44,707 nucleotides of DNA from Bigelowiella natans CCMP2755. Lineage: Eukaryota > Protista > Cercozoa. Of this stretch, positions 37,461 to 44,707 are shown piece by piece (the stretch's first letter is position 1; the number at the start of each line of letters is the position of its first letter). The translations under genes and the position numbers were made by a program. The notes under the pieces were generated by a model. The model searched no databases. It had not been told where the DNA came from and saw nothing but the letters and a program-made list of their open reading frames with translations. The DNA lies in assembly GCA_000320545.1 (NCBI GenBank), contig ADNK01000026.1, positions 1 to 44,707 of the forward strand, given 5' to 3'.

Positions 37461-38689
37461 GTGTTCTCGTGCAGATATTGGGAACCTAGGAAGAGATCAA
37501 ACGAACTCCTGAACTACCTCCCTCAGGCACGCACGCCACCACCATCAGCACCGGGTTCGGCCAACGGCTTCTTCCCCATCAAATGCTGCTTTGGATCTGA
37601 GGAAGATTGATGTTCGTTCTAAGTCTTCCTTGTCGTAACCCAAAAATCATATGCGAATTAATCGATGCGACAATGGCGATCCTCCACCTTTTCTCCCCGA
37701 AAACACGAGAAAGGGGAGGAATTCGAAGCCCTTCGGTGCTCGTGCATTCTCCTCTCCTCCTCCTCCCCTCCTCCTTGTAGAGGCATTCTACCCTCTTCTT
37801 AAGATTCCACTGGTACTTCGCCCTCTAAAATTTGTTTTTGCCGCAACATTCCGTTCGAGCATCTGAACACTGATTCCTTTTCCATCCTTGAATTGGTGTT
37901 TGTTCACATCGCTAGATTGAAAAAGGTGCACGTGGATGTTGAGGTAACGATGGAATGGACCTTCATCTGAAGACTGAAATCTAGGAACGCGTGTCACATT
38001 CTAGTATTGACAGCACGCAACACCGCTAGCATTGTCACCAAATCATTGCTAAGTGTCAGTTGGAAAAGCAATTGCTGACTGACACACTTCAGTTGTGTGC
38101 ATGAAACAGCATGCTGCGCACTGCTACACTGTTAGCACTGGCACATGCAGTGCAGCGTGGTGATGGCATTCGTACAGCATGCATGGCAGAGCGATGTCGA
38201 TCTAGATCGACCTAGCAGGTAGCGTTGGGTGGTGCTCAGTCTAGCAGTGTGGTTGACACCAGCGTGCTAGCTAGCTAGCGTGCGTGCTACGTCCTGTCAC
38301 ATTCCAGCATTGTGATCTTCCAAATGACCATGCTAGCATGGTGTGCATAGTACAACTTCAATCTGTTTCGCTGTGATGCAAAATTTTTGAGCTTGGCAGT
38401 CAGTCCAGCAGTCCAGCAGTGCCGTTGCGCGCGGCACAAATCTCAATGCCACACCCCACGAACCGTCTTCAAAAGGCTTCGATCTTGTCCAGCTACGTGA
38501 CATGTCAGTCTAGCAGTGCCTGACGACCTAGTTCTATGTGCGTTCATGTTCACAATGTGCACACTGAAATAGGAGAACTTTGCATGCTACGCTTGTAGTC
38601 AACTGCAGAAATTTCCATTAATGTAAATTCTCATTCAATAATTCAAAGAGAATGCACTGAGGAGCTTCTTATGCTAGAAGCAGTAGTCA

Positions 38690-40500
38690 CTATTCGGAAG
38701 ATTTAATCATGGTCAGCGCATTGGTGAGCCATCCGTCGTACAATTCCGTAAGCATTGTGATCATAGAGTCTTTGGCATTCCATGGATATTTCTCATCTGT
38801 ACCAGACGGGCCATAGTACTTTGCCGAGGCCATACACTTGACCAAAGTCTTCCCTTCTCCAGCATCGCTCACTGTCAAGGTATTGGAGTAAGAGGAAATC
38901 GGGAACGCACCGAATTCTGTCATTTTGTAGGTCATAGTCATGTCTTTCAGCTCAAGAAGCTCCTCAACAACATTCTTTCCACCAAAAGATGGGATTGTGC
39001 GAACAGATCCAATCTCATTCTTTCCCTCGGCCTTGATTCCTTCAACCTTCATGTACTTAGGGTCAGAGTAGTCACTTAAAATCGCGAACAGATCCTTTGG
39101 AGCAGCGTCCACGGTTTTTTCATAGTTTACAGTCAGCTGCTCAGTCTTCATCTTGGCACAGAGTCCTGCGGTATAATTACCCTGCGATATGTGTGGATGT
39201 AACGTCACGTCTCCAAAACACTAGCAAAGAGAATAAAAACTTTGAAGAATACATGATACGGAACTGGAGTCTCATGTCACATCGATGCATTGATTAAGTA
39301 CACGACTAAGTTTTCGAAGTAGAAATTACGACGTCTCTACCTGATACTCAGCAAGTTCGAGTTCTAGTTTAGAGGGCATTCTTTCGCCTTTTGGTCCAGC
39401 AAAGCAGCCAGCGCCGTACGGACTACCACCCCTGACTTCTTCCATGTTCATCAAATTCTTATTTCCGTAACCGATCGGAACGAATATCATACCCTTTAGT
39501 GAATAACCAAGCACATAATTAAGCCACTTAAACGAAACGTGGATGCTCATCGTATATGTATTCAATATTCCGCCGAAAGAATTCTTAGTCATACAGCGAT
39601 AAGTGTGTATGTCATAGTGTCGCAGCCCATTAGATCAGTTTGCGTACATGATGAGTGAACTGTGTGATGAAGGTGAGCGCCGTGGTCTCCTGCCCTCCAG
39701 ACTGCGTAGCTGTCGAGACGAAAATGCCGGCCATTTTCCCGTGTAACTCTCCTTTAGCCCAAAGACTACCGGTGTGGTCCATAAGTGCCTTCACCTGGTC
39801 ATCATTGGCGATGAATGATCACTGAAATTCTCAATTACCTGTTGGCTGGCTACGTTTATCAACGAAATTCAACATTAGCTTATTGTGAGGGAAGTTTTTA
39901 GTTGTGTTGCTATATAAATCACTGATATCCACCAGACTGCCACAATTTCATGAAAGTTGGTTCTAACACCGCCCCTTTGATTCCCTCAAAAACCTGGGCC
40001 GCAGCCATGCCAAATCGAGTAGGAATGCCGAAGAGAATACAGTCTGCCTCCGCGAGGTCTGAAGGCGTGGCATCTTTATACTCTTCGCTCTTCTTGGGTG
40101 CGCCCATCTTTTGGAGCACTTCGTCCGGTAGTGTTTCCGGAATACGCATTATCTTAACGTGAGCGCCAGCCTTCGCAGCACCCTCCGCCACCTTCTTGGC
40201 CATCGTCTCGATGTGCCCATACATTGAATAGAAGCACACCAGTACCTTACATTTTGGAATAGTTGGAGGTGGAGCGAGATTCTTCTTTTCCTCGCCCTCC
40301 TTTAGCTTTTTAGATCTGCCCGTAATCGAAGTAGAGCATGGTAACAAAATAATAGCGAGGGTTAGGATGTAAAGCGAGACGGAAATACGAATTACAATCA
40401 CTAGGTAGGCAAATCCACACTGCCTGCCTCTCCCACATTCTTCCCGTCCCACACCTCCCTTATGTGATGACCTTTTTTCTGCTGAGTTTCCGCACCCCAT
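38690..40500 (-). CDS. Flavodoxin-like NAD(P)H:quinone oxidoreductase (WrbA/FQR1/Pst2) fused to a C-terminal SRPBCC (polyketide cyclase/START-like) domain
   Basis: KVLVCFYSMYGHIETMA...ADCILFGIPTRFG|...STATQSGGQETTAL...HH|GMIFVPIGY...GGSPYGAG...LELAEYQ|GNYTAGLCAKMK. The same exon continues into EKTVDAAPKDLFAILSDY...IGSVRTI...VVEELLEL...MTYKM...YSNTLTVSDAGEGKTLVK. N-terminal MGCGNS. Confidence 0.88.
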
Positions 40501-40848
40501 GGCAGCCGGTTGTGTTGTGGAGTATGGCACCTGCGGAAAGAAGGAAGAATGCTCGAATAGGCACTATTTTCATCGAATATGTATCGAGCGACAAGTCTAT
40601 ATCTCTGTCACAGACGGAAAACCCCTTATGTTTACATGTGCAGTCAACACTTCTGCTTTTGTACTCCAATGGTTTCGTGCAAGAAAGGAAGTGGCAAGCG
40701 TTTTTATTGCATTTTGGGTTCCGGAGGGGCACATTTCGGGTAAAACCGCCTAGTACGGTGGAGTGCTAGTTTTTTTTCCTTTTCTCATCATCATAACGCA
40801 TGTGTGTGTGTGTGTTCCACTCGACGACGACGACGACGAAGGGGTGCC

Positions 40849-42327
40849 ATGCTACTAATCGCTGTGCTACTGACATTCGTAGCAGCGCCAGCACATGTTG
40901 TAGCAATGCGGAGTACTATCGGAGGATTTGCTGGTGAAGCAGGACAGGCGGTAAGAGGTCTTTCAGGCTTCAGCGCTAAGCTGGGACACAATGTCATCGA
41001 ATCAGGATGCTATGGTAGGGTATGATATTGGGATAATAATGTTAGAGTAGATTGTGATAACCCAGGATGTGATTCTGAGCCAGAATATACCACATCGATA
41101 CTACTCCCTCTAGAATATGCCAGGAACCATCGATATGCTTCAGGATGTATCAATAAACTTCGATGTGCTTCAAAGGTAGGTGCGTGCGTGTGTACCCCAT
41201 TGACATTCTCACCATGCATGTGGCGATCGTCGATTTCGTCATTGTCGATTTCGTTATTGTCCGCACTGTCGCAAGTCTTTGATCAGTTTGCCAGCAAAGC
41301 TCCCTTTCCTTAACGTTGATCCTAAATACGCTTTCAGAACACCCGCACTGTTGGGAGAAGAATGCTGCTTGTCGAAGCTGCAAAAGGGTGATATCAACAA
41401 ACGCACGAATTATAAATTGCTTCAGCTGCAACCGCATCTAAAACGCTATTCTCTTTACACTAGGAGAAAGACAAAAAGAAGCGGTAGTGGATTCGGGGGA
41501 AACAACAAGGGTTTCGGGGGTTTCAGCACTGCCACAAATGATGATACTGCGTCGTGTAAGTGTGGCACACCAGATAAGGTTAGCAAATTGCAACCAGATT
41601 GTTCAATTATCATCGTTTATCCTTCCAACATCAAACATTTGGTTTTGTCTCTTAAACGACTGCACGTATGCATCTTGAAAGTATCTCCCAACAATGAGTA
41701 GACGTATGACGATTGTTGCGGGAAATATCACACGGGGGCAGAACTTCCGCCGACTCCAGAAGCTCTCATGCGATCTAGGTTCTGCTAGATTTTGCCCCGA
41801 GCTGCCACTGATGTGTATATTTTATCGTCATCATCTTATGATGCATCTTGCCGTCTCATGGATTATCTTCAAGAACAGAATAGTTGTCATGACGGATGCG
41901 ATTGTTTTTTTTGTGTCAAGATTCAGCGCTTTCGTACTTAGAGATGCAGAGTATATAATCAAAACGACACACCCCAGTAATCCTGAACAGCCCACTGCTG
42001 CCGGGCTTGAGAGCTTCTTTGCTGAATACAAAGTTAAAAACTTAAAAGTTCATGAGCATAGGTATCACAAGCGATGTTTCTTCCAACTTAAACCAAAGCA
42101 TATACTGCTCATTTTTAAAATGCATTCTTCACTCTAACACTATAATAACAGTAAATCACTATAATAACAGTACCTCACACGATGGCGAGAAGGGGAAAGT
42201 GAAGTTTACATACACACAAAAAATGATTCGAGGGGGCAGTTCTGCCAAATACACCGAGTCAAGTGATTTCAAACGTGATAAAGACGATGGTGGAAGGTGG
42301 AAGTACCTTTCAGGAATAGTGAGCTAA
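40849..42327 (+). CDS. YchJ/UPF0225-like (SEC-C motif + NTF2-like) protein, likely plastid-targeted
   Basis: Signal MLLIAVLLTFVAAPAHVVA, a GFG-rich linker, then CKCGTPDK|TYDDCCGKYHTG...PTPEALMRSR|FSAFVLRDAEYIIKTTHP...GKVKFTY...TESSDFKR...RWKYLSG. Confidence 0.87.
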
Positions 42328-42967
42328 TGTAGTGAAAGTTCAGCTAGTCAGGCTAAAATAAAATAGCATGTCTATAGGTGTGTCTTGTACGCGTGCATTC
42401 AAATGTAGTTGTGCGCATGATGAAAAGGTCTAGAAGTGCGTGATGGGGGGCGTGCTAGCGTGCGCCGCAGCTAGACGCGTGATGTTTGCTTCGTTGACGT
42501 AATCACACACTGGCACATATAGACTTGTACATGTGACAGCACCACCGCGCTGTACATATGCATCAAACTACACAGCTGCGGCACACCTCTAGCTAGCTAG
42601 CTAGACACACAAACACATCCGACATACACGTACACTCTAGCACTGCACATGCGCATGCATACACGCACGACAAATGCGCTAAAGCGAACAAGTAACCAAC
42701 CGCTATGCTAGCTATGCCACGCTATCTAGCGATGCGCTGTAAAGATTCGCAATAACAAACAAATGATTGATGCACGAATTACACGACAATGGGCAGTGAT
42801 AAGAAACGAAGCGTGCTGACGTCTTGCAGTGCACTACATCTAATTAGATAAGATACACAAGCGATGTCTTGCTAGCTTGCTCTGTTGCTGCATTGCAAAA
42901 AACATGCACATACATGTATAGATGTTGTTACATAGATGATCCTTTGTAATGTTGAACCCTTAAAAGT

Positions 42968-44330
42968 CTAGAAGTAATCCGAAAGATAGCTTGCAGGCAT
43001 ATTCTTAGGCGTTTCCATGCTCGTTATCATGGCGTCGTCCTTCGAACTATTTATGCTCTTATTTCCTCTGCTCGCAACGGAATACGACGCTACGCAAACG
43101 TAAAATTGATTATCAAGAAGTGTACGTGAAGTTTGTCAAAATGTCGCATTCCTGCATTTCTACTACATCAATATGAATATTTTTTTGTGGCACGTAGCAT
43201 CGCTAGTCCACTGCTATGTATTGCTGTTGTACATTTTGTTGTTGTCGGCATAATATTTCTCGCTGTACCCACCTCCTCCTTGCGGTGCATTTGGAATTTC
43301 CCAGCCGGCGGGGATCCCTCCTCCTGCCTTTACCGAGGATGGTGTAGTTTCTCTCGGCGCTGCACTTTTTGCGTCCTCCCTGATAACTGTGTTAGGGTGT
43401 TCGCCGCGGTCAGTAGTTGTAGTTGGAAGCACGTGACACCGTGAGTACAAGAATGTTTTGGTATGTGGTTTAGTTTATGATCGCTAACCGTTACTTTTGT
43501 TCCCGAGTATTCCTCCATCTCTTGCTGGAGTGCTTCCTCCTTGCCACTATTGATGTGGTAGATCATATCAACATGTATAATTGCAGGTCAGTTTCGGCGA
43601 GAAGAAGCACTCCGCGTTTTACACATTCCTCTCACAAATCATCAAGGTACATATGAATGACGCACGGAGGCAAGGCGCAAAGCTGGAAAGAGTAAAGGTG
43701 GTTGGTGGGCAGGAGAAGGAAGAGGAGGAGGAGATGGAAGAGGAGGAGGAAGAGGAGAGAACACGATTCGGTATAATGATGATACTACCGTTGATTTTTT
43801 ATCGCGAGACACTCCTAAAAACCGTGCCAGATTCGCAGTGGTATCCTGCGAGAACGACGGGTTGAAGCTGCCCGTGACATCCTCCGACTGTTTCTTCCAA
43901 ATCTTCCTATTATCTTGCGGTTGCAGGTGGTTGTGCTTTAAGTCCGTCCTCCCCCCGGTTCCTACAGCCATCGACGAACCCATGGAATACGCGGCGACGG
44001 CCGCCGCAACGGCAGCGGCTGTGGCGGGTGTGCTCGCGGCCTGTAGGTCATCACCTAGCATCTCTAGTCGTGACAGTGTTTGGAAGATCTCTTTGAAGCT
44101 GGGGCGGTTCTTGGGTATTTGAGACCATGCCTTGAGGAGGAGGAGGAGGAGGAGGAGAGGAGGAGGAGGAGATGCAGTGTAATTAGTGGCCGCTGCTTCC
44201 TGTGTGGCGACATCTTCATTGCTTGATTGCGAAGAAGAGAGGGGAGGCTCTCCCCCAGCGCACACGCAGTGTCGACATGGAAACTTACCTGTTGGATAAG
44301 CTCGAACAATTGGTCTCGCCCTGGGGTACC
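42968..44330 (-). CDS. Protein kinase (TKL-like), 3' portion only
   Basis: LFELIQQ|AWSQIPKNRPSFKEIFQTL matches kinase subdomain XI, followed by low-complexity tail exons. The catalytic core lies beyond the window or in the unreadable end. 3' end uncertain. Confidence 0.65.
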
Positions 44331-44344
44331 TACGACCGAGTCAT

Positions 44345-44707
44345 ACCACCCCCCCCCCCCCCCCCCTAAACCCCCCTAAACCCCCCCCCACACACACACA
44401 CACACACCCCTTTTACAAATGGAGAAGATATGAAATGAAAACGTCCATTGCTCCATAAAAAATTTTGGAGGAAACTTCTTCATGAAAATTACCCTTATCC
44501 CTTTCGTCATCATCCTCATCCCAATAAGCGACAAAAGGGGAAGGGGGGGGGGGGGGGGGAAAAAATTTTTTTTATTCCCCTGGTTTGGGGGGGGGGGGGG
44601 CCTCCCCCCCCTGGCCCAATCCCGAATATTTTGTTTTAAAAACCGATATATCGGCGCCCCCCTGTTTATTAGCGTTCCCCCCCCCCAAAGGGAAAAAAAG
44701 GGGGGGG
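44345..44707. other. Probable low-quality read/contig end (poly-C/poly-G runs)
   Basis: Long homopolymers and garbled composition right at the window end. Confidence 0.6.

Noticed and set aside
11726-42327. Functional cluster of plastid-targeted genes (RluF-like, OPR-like, PGRL1-PGR5, YchJ)
   Set aside because: They are interspersed with unrelated housekeeping genes, and this density is plausible by chance in an algal genome.
44361-44390. Telomere-like CCCCCTAAA repeats
   Set aside because: Only two units inside poly-C in an apparently low-quality end, within a kinase intron.

Overview
Eukaryotic nuclear DNA with dense genes, many short GT-AG introns and many microsatellites. It probably comes from an alga with a secondary plastid, most likely a chlorarachniophyte (Cercozoa). 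That inference rests on signal-plus-transit bipartite leaders, a green/plant-type RTF2 and extra residues at a ubiquitin monomer junction. By manual splicing I recognise about 14 genes or pseudogenes. In order: SPX-EXS phosphate exporter (runs off the left edge), Crinkler/RHS-type NTPase+nuclease gene with an internal stop, secreted trypsin-like protease, degenerate polyubiquitin remnant, RluF-like pseudouridine synthase, large OPR-like helical-repeat protein, NF-YC, p24delta, sulfotransferase-like protein, PGRL1-PGR5 fusion, leader-bearing RTF2, WrbA-SRPBCC fusion, YchJ-like protein and the 3' end of a protein kinase. Two signals stand out. (1) One uninterrupted exon encodes PGRL1 (all six Cys) fused to PGR5, the two partners of the antimycin-sensitive cyclic electron flow pathway. 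(2) Sharply bounded intergenic domains have almost no TpA. Repeat copies within them differ at TA/TG/CA, which points to a targeted A:T-to-G:C 'reverse-RIP'-like mutation process. Exon boundaries were read by eye and are approximate. Family assignments come from remembered motifs, not database searches.
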